Assembly (NCBI GenBank): GCA_051362555.1 | Contig: CM120640.1 | Coordinates: 53,608,788-53,672,787 of the forward strand | Length of the DNA: 64,000 nt | DNA from: Lingula anatina | Lineage: Eukaryota > Animalia > Brachiopoda | Direction: 5' to 3' | Shown here: positions 27,419-39,545 of the stretch, piece after piece | How the letters are laid out: every line of letters starts with the position of its first letter | Position numbering within the stretch: the first letter of the stretch is position 1 | The notes under the pieces: model-generated | What the model was told of the DNA's origin: nothing | Database searches by the model: none | The model's input: only the letters and a program-made list of their open reading frames with translations | Position numbers and translations under genes: made by a program

Positions 27419-29589
27419 TTAAACAGGCATGCAATATTCTTTGAACTTTGCATTTCATGTGAATTCTCTATACTCTCCCTAACTTGCTACTGTAACACCC
27501 ATAACTCTTATTCCTCTCTCTCTCTCATGTCTAATCAATTACACTACTGCTAACAAAACTTAATGAAATACATGTTAGAATAAGACTTTTGCAATTCCCA
27601 TTTGAAGCAATTATATCACCTAAACTCAAGACACAGGTCTATATAGCATACTAGCTAGCAGGTCCCAATATCAGTTTTACAGGTTCTATACTTAACTGGT
27701 GAAAGACAGTTACCACTTTTGCCACATACAGAGGTCAGGTAGCAAGCTAAATTTAATATTTTAGTTCTTTACTGGGGCACTAACAAACAGGTTACTAGTA
27801 CTAGTACATTTTGCTTAAAAAACATTATTTTAATATGAATGGTGAGCCACCTTTAAGGTCAGGACTCATACACAAAACATATTTAATTCAAGCCTCTTAT
27901 TCTGTTGATTATGAAATCCTGTCATTGTCTACAGATATTTCAGAATCCATGATTGATTTTCAAATAGCCTTATTCATATGAGAGCTTATTACCAGAAGAC
28001 TCCAATTTACATTATCACCTGACACTTGCACTATGTAAAATACTATCATGAGGGGTGAAAAGATCAATGGTTTAGGTTTTTTTCATACAATCTGCTTTAT
28101 TCCTGGCTGAGAGGCAGGGCCTCCAGATAGCTGAGCCTGAGATCTAAGTCTTCTTTAAAAATCCATCTTACTGTAGAACAAAAATACAATACAAAACAAA
28201 ATTATGTGTATATCCTTTACCAAGCTTATTTACCATAACAGATCAAGTGCATACCTTGAGCTAAGACAAGATAATTAAAGGGTTATATGGAGTCATGTAA
28301 ACAAATGTACCTGGGTTTCTATGGTCAGTATACAATAGCCTTCAGGTAATTATGGGGGAGGTAATTAAGAAGTGGGCTTATTGTACCACTGATCTTTTAG
28401 TGCTTTCTATAGTGATAGAGTTGAGATTATTATTTACTTTTGCATGTAGAGGAAATACCACTACTTCTTGGTAAGTGATCACTGGCATTTACAAATCAAC
28501 GACTTAATAATTGTGTAATTAGCATTTATCTAATTCATATTGTGGATTTACACTTGCAATTATCTCTCTTTGTATATGTACATGTTGTGGGATTCCAACA
28601 TGTTATTAATATAATACACCTAATATAATTTGGAGACAATAAAAACATTTGTCAGTTAACATATATACTAGTATGCAACTATATATCATGAGGTGTGTGT
28701 GCCTATATGCTTGCATGTGTGAGACAGTGAGTGAGCGATTTGCAATACTGTCTCCTGTACAGTAAGTCCTAAATTTTGCTCTCCTGTATGCAGACTCTTT
28801 ACTGAAACGTTTCATGAGCAATATTGGAAGTTACTTTGAGATCAATATCACTCAGGAGTCAGGTTTCCACATCTCATGTTCTTCAGCACTGGTGAGTAGT
28901 AATAAAAAGACAACAAACAAGTAAATTACCCCATAAATGACTCTAATCAGACAATGACCTACATTTAGGGTCATAGTAATAAGAATACCTTCTAGGAATG
29001 TACTAAGGCTGAATGAATATTCCTGATCATTGTGAAAAATTTGCTATAATTTTTTTCTGCTGTTCTTCAAAATGCAAATTTAAGTAGTTATGTCCCAAAA
29101 CCAAAGTATACTTTCTGTGATGAAGAGAGCTAATTGAAATATATGAAGAACATGAACAATAAACCAATCATAAGTGTAATACACTTAGACCAACATCACA
29201 AAGTTGCTTTATATACTGTATATGAAGTTAAAAGTCTAAGGAAAGCTTATAATAAACTTGAAACAGACTGAAAGCTTACCTTATATATCAGAAAAGTAAA
29301 CAAATAGAAAAATGCATGCATCTAGAAAGATCTATTGGAAAGCCTACATTTTTCTGTAAATGTCAATTTGAAATTGAACAAAGCAAATCCTCTCGATCAC
29401 CCTTCCATTGAAAAATATCATGATAATTTCAAATTATGTTCTGCATAGTTCAATACCTAATGTAGACACCTGACAAGTTTCATAACACATAAACACTAAT
29501 GTATATGAAACCATGCAGACAAATGTATTACACCTGGACTATGTGTCACACCCAATGCTGACTGTCCTGACAAACATAATGACAATTAC

Positions 29590-29780
29590 CGTAATAAGTT
29601 GGTTGAACAATTCACTGGTACATTTTTCAATGCTCTGGGCTCCAGTTTGGTCAGCCACTGAGATAACTGTATTCATACATGATGCCAGGCCCTCCACTAA
29701 AGATGGAACACATTCTGAATTTCCTGCAAGCTTGATCAAGGTGCCAAGACATCTTTCTATATCCTCAAATCTTGGTTTAT
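29590..29780 (-). CDS. Third coding exon (start of the helical ARM-like region)
   Basis: Acceptor ctcttttctttcag|AT (phase 1) and donor ACG|GTAATT (phase 0); 191 bp reading DKPRFEDIERCLGTLIKLAGNSECVPSLVEGL...SELFNQLIT. Confidence 0.85.
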
Positions 29781-30178
29781 CTGAAAGAAAAGAGAATGCT
29801 GGCTGCAAATATTCAATTTTTGTTCTAGCTATCATCAAAATACTTCGTACAGTCCAACTGCGAGCAAAGCTTATGTCAAAAGTCCAAAGTAGATAAGTAA
29901 GCTTCAAAAACAAAACCACATCAATATAAAGTTGACTGCTTAAGGCCTTAGACTTGCCCTTCAAGAAAACGACAGAAAATAGCTCTCTTTCAAATTTGAA
30001 TGGGCACTGTAGAAAACATATGATAGCTTAAAGCTCTCAAATTATGCACATAGGCGCGATATCATGTGAAAAATAAGTGTTGTAAATTTCAATCCAAGCG
30101 GTTGCGTATATTTTGAGACAGAACGCTTTAAATTTGCAGCAAACCGTAAAGCTAATCCCTTCAAGATCTCGACAAAAA

Positions 30179-30200
30179 CCGGAAGTGCGTCGTGACGTCA
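30179..30200. promoter_or_regulatory. Candidate ETS (CCGGAAGTG) plus CRE (TGACGTCA) composite motif at the CpG boundary
   Basis: Sequence ccggaagtgcgtcgtgacgtca. It could instead be internal sequence of a transposon. Confidence 0.3.
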
Positions 30201-30291
30201 CTCACTTGTACGCGTGGCAGCCTTTAGGCTCCGCCTCCTTGGTCAAGCACAGTTACTATGGGGGGGGGGGAGGGGGGGGGGGAATAGACCG

Positions 30292-30557
30292 AAGTCTGAA
30301 ACTTCATGTGTGTACGACAGAAACCAAGGGTGCATTGCCAGAGATTTTAGATCGATCCAGAGATTTAGATTTAGATCGACCTACCTCCCTGGGGGTTCAC
30401 GCTAAATTGATGTCAGCCAAGCGCGCACAGTAGTTAATTACCCCCTTACAGCTTTTAGTAGGCGGGACAGACGCTTAAGCCAGCTAAGCTGACAGTAGTC
30501 TAGCGAGACTCCCCACAGGGATAGGTCGATCTAAAATCTGTGGGAATGGGGTCTAAG
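30292..30557 (+). mobile_element. Dispersed repeat (family B), copy 2
   Basis: Direct repeat of 22099-22363, preceded by a G-run. Confidence 0.8.
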
Positions 30558-30624
30558 ACAGATGTGATGGCTTGAAATTCGAAAGAACCATGGTAACATA
30601 TTATGTTCATTACTAGGAATGGAT

Positions 30625-31505
30625 CACGCTCGGCTGTCACCTTGATTGGATAGTAAACGATTGTCGTAAAATCGCTAAATGATATTAAAACCGGGTGCAT
30701 AAACTTGAAAACCACCTAGGACAATCTTGGACTGCCACATTAATCCAAAAGAATGCAAAAATAAACTATAACACCCATATACCTCCATAGAGACAATAAA
30801 ATAGAGTAAGCTTGTGAAACAAACCTGACCCAGTTCCAACAGAATAATCGAAATAAAATACTGCCGGGCATCGGAGCGGCCTAAAACTTGGCACACTTAC
30901 CACTAATACTGCAGGCTACATCATCCCGTCGCTCGTTTGTAAATTCCGTGCATGGCATACGCTGTAAATCAAAATTCCACCTCTGATGTTTATCTCGGTC
31001 CTCTTAACAATCCAATTCAGGAAATGACGTAACTGCAGAGGTCGCATTGGCCAATGGCATGGCTTCTTTTTCGTAATGGTAGGTTAGAGAGGACCGAGAT
31101 AAACATCAGAGGTGGAATTTTGATTTACAGCGTATGCCATGCACGGAATTTACAAACGAGCGACGGGATGATGTAGCCTGCAGTATTAGCGGTAAGCGTG
31201 CCAAGTTTTAGGCCGCTCCGATGCCCGGCAGTATTTTATTTCGATTATTCTGTTGGAACTGGGTCAGGTTTGTTTCACAAGCTTACTCTATTTTATTGTC
31301 TCTATGGAGGTATATATGGGGACTTTACGACATTCGGTTTGAAGGCTTTAAACACTTGTTATAGTTTATTTTTGCATTCTTTTGGATTAATGTGGCAGTC
31401 CAAGGTTGTCCTAGGTGGTTTTCAAGTTTATGCACCCGGTTTTAATATCATTTAGCGATTTTACGACAATCGTTTACTATCCAATCAAGGTGACAGCCGA
31501 GCGTG
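30625..31505. mobile_element. Foldback-type non-autonomous DNA transposon (near-perfect arms of about 380-420 bp, 8-bp TSD)
   Basis: Termini CACGCTCGGC…GCCGAGCGTG; arms about 30625-31008 and 31083-31505; GAATGGAT is duplicated at 30617-30624 and 31506-31513. Confidence 0.93.
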
Positions 31506-32259
31506 GAATGGATGATGCAGATAAAGTTGTTTTCTGGTTTGAAAATTCCCTAGATATAATCAAAGAGTCCCACTGCTTATGCTAACCCATGCATAACTGT
31601 TAAATCCATGACACGACTGCATTGCACCCGGTTTACCTGCCACCCAACTTGAACCAAGAACCACGCTCTCGTTGCTTTATTCCTTTACATTAGTGAGAGT
31701 CTTCTGTCTCCAAGTATCCTATCTAAGTATTTTCCATGAAAGCGCACATCCCAGTCTATAGTATGACCACCAGAAGGACGTTTAAACCGGCTTGTACTCG
31801 AGGACTGGAGAAATAAAAGGATGCTACCCAGACGAATTTCCCGGTGATAGAACCGCACAATGCAGCCCTCCTGCGATTTGATTGGATGAATAAAGGGGGT
31901 GTTTATTAAAGTATCCTACGCGGTTCTTGCAATCTTGATTTGTCACATATGTCCCATTTCCAGAAAATTTAAAATCTTTCCCCGTTAAACTATTTATGTT
32001 AGTAATTTACTTGGTGAGCAGACGTACCAGAAAATGTAAATTGATTTGAACTATTATGAGGTCCCAATCCCAACAAATTTTAAAAGTAGGCCCTACTGGT
32101 AGGCCTACCCAAGGGCCCCTATCCATCGTTATCACAAAGTTTCTATTAATAAAACGTTTTATTCGTCCATAAGCCTGGAGTGGCCACATGTCCCGTGGGG
32201 ACAATGTTTCCAGCGGTTACCCTTAATTAACTCTGCTCCATTTAATTAATTAGCATTAC

Positions 32260-32368
32260 CTTTCTCTGCTAGGGTTTCCACTGAGATTACCGACTTGCCT
32301 TTAGCACGATCGCTACGCCTGAGGCTCATCTTGCGGAAGAGTGGTCTGTCCAACACATGTGTGGAGCC
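32260..32368 (-). CDS. Second coding exon of the same gene (not in the ORF track)
   Basis: Acceptor gatgctttcag|GGC and donor AAAG|GTAATG. The 109 bp read GSTHVLDRPLFRKMSLRRSDRAKGKSVISVETLAEK+G and supply exactly the phase 0 to phase 1 change needed between the neighbouring exons. Confidence 0.8.
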
Positions 32369-32892
32369 CTGAAAGCATCAATTTTCAAAAATTATTTAAT
32401 TTTTCCAGTTTCTTGGGGTATAAAGGTACAGTTTGTCACAAAAATTAAGATTATAAGCATACAATACAAGCAATAACGTAGGCCACACAACGAAAAAATG
32501 TGAGTAAAATGTGTCCTTGCAAAAGAATAAGAGTTGGAAAAACAGGTTTAGGCCTACATTTTTGGTCGTTGTAGAGTTATAGCATTCATGAATACAGACT
32601 TAAATTTTATGCACATATCGTTTAAAACAGAAAAATATAACTTAAAACTACAGGCCTATCTTCAAACGGCGCCCATCTTTTACAAATAGGCCTATCCTAA
32701 AAAATGAAAGACGTCTGTTTGCGTTTCCACCTCAGTAGAAACTGTGTTGCCGAGTAGGCCTATGTCGTAATAAATACAATTGAACTTTCTTCTGAAAAGT
32801 TGATTTATCCCAAAATTAAAAAAAATGTTGAGAAATAAAACATAAAACATTGGCAGTAAGACTAAGCTTAAAAACCTAATTATTAAAGTTTT

Positions 32893-32894
<2 letters not shown>

Positions 32895-32974
<80 letters not shown>
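32895..32974. repeat. (TA)n microsatellite
   Basis: About 40 perfect units. Confidence 0.98.
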
Positions 32975-32976
<2 letters not shown>

Positions 32977-33110
32977 CTCTTAAGACATTATTATGGAGGT
33001 TTTGTCATCTAAGAAGGTTCACGTGGCCTGATGGCAAGCACAGAATCCAAAATATATAATATATCATATATATCACAGTTGAGGGAAACTAATCACTGCC
33101 TTTTTTGTCT

Positions 33111-33121
33111 TGTGTGTGTGT

Positions 33122-33170
<49 letters not shown>
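33111..33170. repeat. Compound (TG)n(AG)n microsatellite
   Basis: Read directly from the sequence. Confidence 0.95.
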
Positions 33171-33174
<4 letters not shown>

Positions 33175-36100
33175 AAGCATTTTTAGGAAATAATCTATTT
33201 TTAAAAACTTTGAATCCAAACTTGTAATGACATAAATGTTTAAATGCCAAAGAACCAATGACTTTAACTACAGGCGTCCTAACGCTTGACTGCAAAATAT
33301 ATTCTTATCATATCTCTGATATTGAAAAATCATTTTGTCATTGAAAAGGTCGTCCATAATGTATTGCAGACCGTATTATATGCAGGTTATTTGGTTGGTT
33401 TACTGTGATGTCGATCCATTTAGCATTGATCGCATAAAGACAGTGATCAGGCCTATGTGCGCATTGTGCTTTTGGCTAGATTAAGTCTGGGGACTTAATG
33501 CTGCATTGGGACTTCAGCTTCTAATAACATTGTCGCTATTAACCCGTAGTGTAGGCCTACACTTAAGTGTTGTTTTCGATGTCTACAGGAATTCCCTTAA
33601 TGTACTTTTTACGATAAGTGTTTTATTTCTATCCACACAATTGAATAACTTCACGGATGAACGTGTAATTCGCCCCCCTCCCCGGGTACTAGTAACAGGA
33701 TATTTTTTTCTCACCTGTATGAATTGACATGCCTAAACTTAACGTGAAATTTACAACGGTGTACTTCGCACAGAGCATCTATAATTCAAATATCGTATAA
33801 ATCAAAAGCTATAGAGAAAATTCGGTAACAGAAGTCTATAAATCCTCTTCTGCTGGATTGTTCCTTTACACTGACCATAACTGACCAACCAATTCTTACT
33901 TTCGAATCGTCTTCTTTGCAGTGTTTTTTTTTAAGCGCCGTTGAAATATACAGCTGTTTACCGGAAGCGCGTATCGCGTCTATTAATGGCAAGTCAAAGT
34001 CGCCTACGTGAAGGCTTCATTGACAGGATTGAAATGACACGGCATTAAGAACCCGAGCGGTTATATCGTGTCAGTTGTAATGGTCCTTCATCGAATCTCG
34101 GATGTAATTACTGAAGAGAGAGAGAGGGGGGGATGCTGATTATGTCGTAAATGGTACATGTAGCTAACACAATCAACGGATAAATACACTGATAATTTAT
34201 CAAATCCCCCGACAACCCTCTGAACTCTCCATACTGGCCTCATGTCAGTGCCTGAGAAAACAAACACTCTCTACTTTACTGCAAAAATTGGTAATATATG
34301 GTACCGTTTCATAATAGCACTACCCCTAAAGTATTATAAAATCGCACAGGCCCCCACGCAAAATATACCCTAACGGTGCTTGCCAGGAAGTTGCGTCCGT
34401 CGTCATTCATTTCGTCACGATGTTAAATTTTGAAGCAAAATGCAGGTTTCATAGAGCTAAATACACTTTTAACTGCTGTTTATTTGAATGCCCTAAATTT
34501 CGTAGAGTGTTGAGATGAGGCAATGTGACGTCGAAGAATCCCCCATCAAAATTCAGTATCCTGAAGTGTGTAGCCGATACCAAATCAACTTCATAATTCC
34601 CATCTACTGAATACCATTTAAACTCATTTTACAAGACAAACTTTGTCTTTTCTCAGATTCAGTGCGTGGTATTTTATTTATGTTTTAACGTGATGTATTC
34701 CTTAAATATGACATAAAATATCTACCCTTATGTTTAATATTGCAAGAACTGAAGAAAAGATTATCTTTTTTTCTGCAAATAATTGGTAAGGTGGATTGGT
34801 AGCATGAATAGGCCACTGAAACCCTGGGTTAAGAGCAATAATTGGGATTCAGTATATCCAACATATGCTGTACGTCCCCAATGCAGACAATGTAAACAGC
34901 AGGGATATGCTGATAAAGTAACTGGCTTTTCGGCAAACTCTAAAACTCAACTGACTCTTTCTTTAATAGTGACTTTTTTCTTCTAGTTATCACAGTAAAT
35001 ATGATCAAAGTGTCTATTGCATGCTACTTGTACCATCAGTTAATTGTAACACGTATACGTGACGACGATAGCGCAATATAGAGGTGTACACACATATTCG
35101 GTGCTTTCATTTTATGCCTGACTCTTCCACCTATTTGCAGTGTTTTTGCTCTACATCTATGTTGCTACTTAAGAAAGAGCACATAGTTCCGATGGCATAG
35201 ACTATGTCCAATTGATATAGCTACGGTATTACGCCCGACTTCCTATTGCGAACAATCTTTTTGTCACCGAAAATAGCTTTCTTCTTTCAATACAACAGCG
35301 ATGCGTCCTTGTGGCATTTTCACTTTGGTTTATATCTGTACATCTGGTGAAACGAACGCTAAACTTAATGTGATTATCCGCCATTGCGGATTTGATTGAT
35401 CACCTTAATGCCGCCTACTGTTTTCTTCAACCGAACTGTAAGTTTGTAATTCAGTTCCTATAGTTACATCGCATATTCAATGGCATCAAGGCATGTAGGA
35501 ACGTTTGAGGTGTAATTTCTTTTAGCATGTCTTAAAATGTGCACGCCATTGCTGAAGCAAAATGTCACAGTTCAAAATCAACTCTTCTCTAGCCTTGCAT
35601 CACCCCACTACTTCTGTACAATGCCTTGCTGTCTAGCCGTAGTGACAGCCATGTGTGACTGTTTTCCGGCATTTTGACAAAGTGACAGCCAATATACAGG
35701 TCTCTCGAACACAGACAGTATTTATGTGCTGTTAGTAGATAATTTTTTGTTTTTGATGAATAGGTTGTCGTACTTTATTTTAGACACTAGGTAAGCAAGG
35801 TTCTACATCAATTTATCTTACAAGCAAGCAAAGACTAAATAATATTGTTCGAATTTGGAACCACTTTGCTTTCAAGCATAATCCAACAAGATAGAGAGAA
35901 ACTCCCGATGGTTTCAAAGATTTGTCGGAACTTTAAAAAACTGGATTGCATCATCTGTCAAAGGGTGTTGTAAAGTTTATCCTTGAAGCTAAATTCAGCC
36001 ACGGGATTGGATTCTTGGTTGTTTGGATTAAGTGTTCAAACATCGACTCCAAGACATGGTGACCTACATATTCTACTGGACCAATAAAAAAAGCCATTGC

Positions 36101-39100
36101 ATATCACTGATCGGATAAAATTTAAGTGCTGTGACATATATGTTGCTGGGGTTAGAACCAATGTGATACAACACATTTAATATGATACAAAAACTATTCC
36201 AGTTCATGCTGTAAGGTGTTAACCCAAGGCTGTGTTATCAAAACATCCGCGCCGTTGCTATACTTCATAGCCAATACATCAAATAAAAAATCATTGCACT
36301 TCACTCGAATACAGTTTTGCATAAAAACACGTTAGCTCAATCACTCGGAAAAAGAGGAGATTCTCCATTGCACCAGTAAAGCGATTATCGTGGAGAGGTG
36401 GCAAGGAGCCATTGAAAGTGAAATAAAAAAACGACTTCATTACAAAAATACTCTACGAAAACGCTGTTAAGGTATCATTGAGTAGAAGTGTTTATAGAAG
36501 GAGTATACGCATTGGTTACGAACTAATTGTAATTTTTCGTTCAATTCCTCAAATTGGACAAAATATTTTTCCTAAAAAATAAACCGAATTTCTTATAGCA
36601 ATGTATTCATTATATTCATTACATTTTCAAACGTATTGGTCAAGTTGGTAGGTTCAAATAGTATAACTATACGGGAATAATATCATTCCATGCTTTAATA
36701 GTTCAAGGATAAATTCTCGGAAGGTGGTTTCCGGGTAGTGCTATTAAACAAGGAGATTGCTTGCCGTTCATCACCAAAGAGGAAATAACCTGTTCATCCA
36801 AGATGGTCGCCTGACCATGGGTGATGCAAAGAGTTGGCGAAACAATAAAAAATTAATTTTACGGCGAAAGGGAGCGATTTACTTCTTCTCTCTCTACTCC
36901 TTCTCTCTTTCAGATAAAGCCTTTCCGACTGTTTTGCAACATGTCATGTGTAAAACTTAATTAATTGTTAAAAGATCGTTGGAATATGTTGTGGCGCATG
37001 CTGGATCATAATGGTAAGAGATGACGAATGTCGGACAGAACGAATAAAGAACCCAACAATGATCTGAGAAAAGCATTTTGACTAAATAGAAATGGTAAAA
37101 CACACATTGGTGATCAAATTAAAAGTAAGGAATCAATTTTCGTGAAAATTTTGAGCCAAAAACAAACAAAACGGAAACAAAAATGGAACAATATTGAAGA
37201 AGGGGTGTACGCATAAGACAACTAACTGTCATATATCTGGAAACGCATTTTGATATAGATCGTAACAAAGAATAGTGGTATGATAATATTTGTATTATTG
37301 GTCCCCTGCCTAAGAGCCAACGTTCAGCTAAGGTCAGCAATGACGTTTGATGGTACACATAAAGAGCACGTCACGCAGCAGCAATACAGGTCATGAACAC
37401 GGCAGTGGATGTGGTAAAAGGTATTTTTGTCGACAAAAAACTTTAAAGCACGAGTTTTCCCTTTCATGGTGAGATAGTTTATTGGTTTTCTTGAGCGAGC
37501 GGCTTGGATGTCTACAGTAGCACCTTGCTCACGACAGGCGCGTGCAGGCGTTACAGTAGCTATCACTAAGCAGGCGATAACGATCTTCTTTCGCGCCCTC
37601 GCCCTTGCTGTTTGCAATGTATTTTCTGTAACGTTTTCTTGAACTATGTTGAACTGAATTAAGAAATTCACCCACACAGACCATGTAACATCTGTTCCAC
37701 CTGGCGCATTAAGTACGAAACTGTACAATTTAGTCCAACGCTGTGTATCGTCATAGAACTAATTCATAGATAAGACGATCTCAGTCTCCCTAACAAGATT
37801 CTCGCTGGCAATTTATTACTGTAACTGAAATATCACGGTCTAGTTTTCTGGAGAGTGTCGACTTTCTAGTTCATTATAATGCACTTATAACTCTAAGAGC
37901 ACGGTACATTTGTTTCCCGTGCGCCCTGCTTTTGTACAAGATGTAGACCTACACATGCAATGCACTGGCATGTTAACGTGTATTTCGAAGCATCATCGTT
38001 CCTAAAAGCTGTTAGCATGGAATGGACCCTGTATTTTGTTTGGATTGACGATATCTAATGGAATATCTATAAACTAGTTCAGACCTTTCAAAGTAACATA
38101 TTCAAAATACAGTTTTTTCTTGTGGTTTATCTTTTGACTCTCTCCCTAGAACTAATAATATGCAATGTTTTTAAATAAACATGCATAACAACATGCGCTC
38201 ATTGACAATACAGGAAACAGTGTCTTCGGCATGTTGGTTATACCGGTTAAACTGTTCCAACAAAAAGGTATATTTCAAATCCTTCTGGAGAAAGACAATA
38301 TCCCGCAAGAAGAGCAATATCGGTGCATGTGGATAGAAATCTATGCAATAAAATAACAATGCCTGCTACAGGTACGAAAATGTTTTTGTTTAAAACTCCA
38401 AATGTGTCTTTTCGGGTATTCTATGCAGAACGTAATCTCCATAGTGAAACAACTACACGCGTTTCACATCGTAACCACATTGTTAGTATAATTCAGGTGG
38501 CGTTATCGTTGCCAATTCACCAGGGAGCCAGACATGAAACACGCACACACGCACACACACACACACACACACACATATACAGCAGCTATCGATGAAGATC
38601 TCTTTTTAAGTTCTTGAGCTTATCTATGTAAATGAGAAATTGTGTTACGACCAACAAAAACAAAAGTTCATTGTCAGTTATTTGCATCGTAATACATTTA
38701 GTTTCAGATTAAGTGTTAACCGTCCTTAACTTATTAATGTATGACGAACAGTTTGTACGTGTACAATGTGCGCTGTCCCCAGGTGTCTCTCGTGTATAAG
38801 CTGCAATATACTTATTATTTAATTATCTCTCCCTGCCCTGAGGTGTTCCCTCGGGGCCTGGGTTAAGTTGTTTACACTTAACAACACGAAATGATTCGGT
38901 ATATTATGCTAAACAAGGATGGTCGGTGCACAAAAAGGTCAACAATATACGACACGAGTCACATAACCGTGAAATGTGGAATGGAGAGTATATAAAACGG
39001 CATAGATACACACAAAACCTTGTCGGGAAAGGAATATGAAACTGATGCCATATAGAAATGGAAAGTTTCAACATGGGAACTGCAGCGAAGAGGAAGTGGT

Positions 39101-39545
39101 GCTCGACAGCAGTAATTGATTTTTACTAGAGAGCTATTTATTCTCCAACATTAACCAACCTACATGTGAACGTATTGGTTTTTGTCACAACTGATACACA
39201 TGTCATAAACGGATGAATAGATTGGATACCAGGCTGCAAAACAAACGGCTGAAAAATTGATACTTGTACTTTTTAAGAACAGGCTTAATTTTTTCTTATT
39301 CTTATCCTTTAATACACATTTGTATTTTTATAACATATAGTGTCTCTCTATCAGTTATCCTTTTCACTCTCTTTTTTCTATCTCTCAAGCCCTCTCTCAC
39401 ACTCACACTCACGCACGTCATTTTTATTGTATTCTCTGTTCACGGGAATTAAGGTTGCCACATTCACCACACATCCCAAAATATCTTTAGGTATTTTAAG
39501 TAGTTGCAGTGCTTCATTTGTATGACCCTGTGTGGATGCACTTAC

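Noticed and set aside
29940-30170. Possible TTAA-started (Kolobok-like) element beside exon 3; a similar start occurs at 55437
   Set aside because: The second terminus cannot be identified, so I note it only as an alternative explanation for the ETS/CRE motif.
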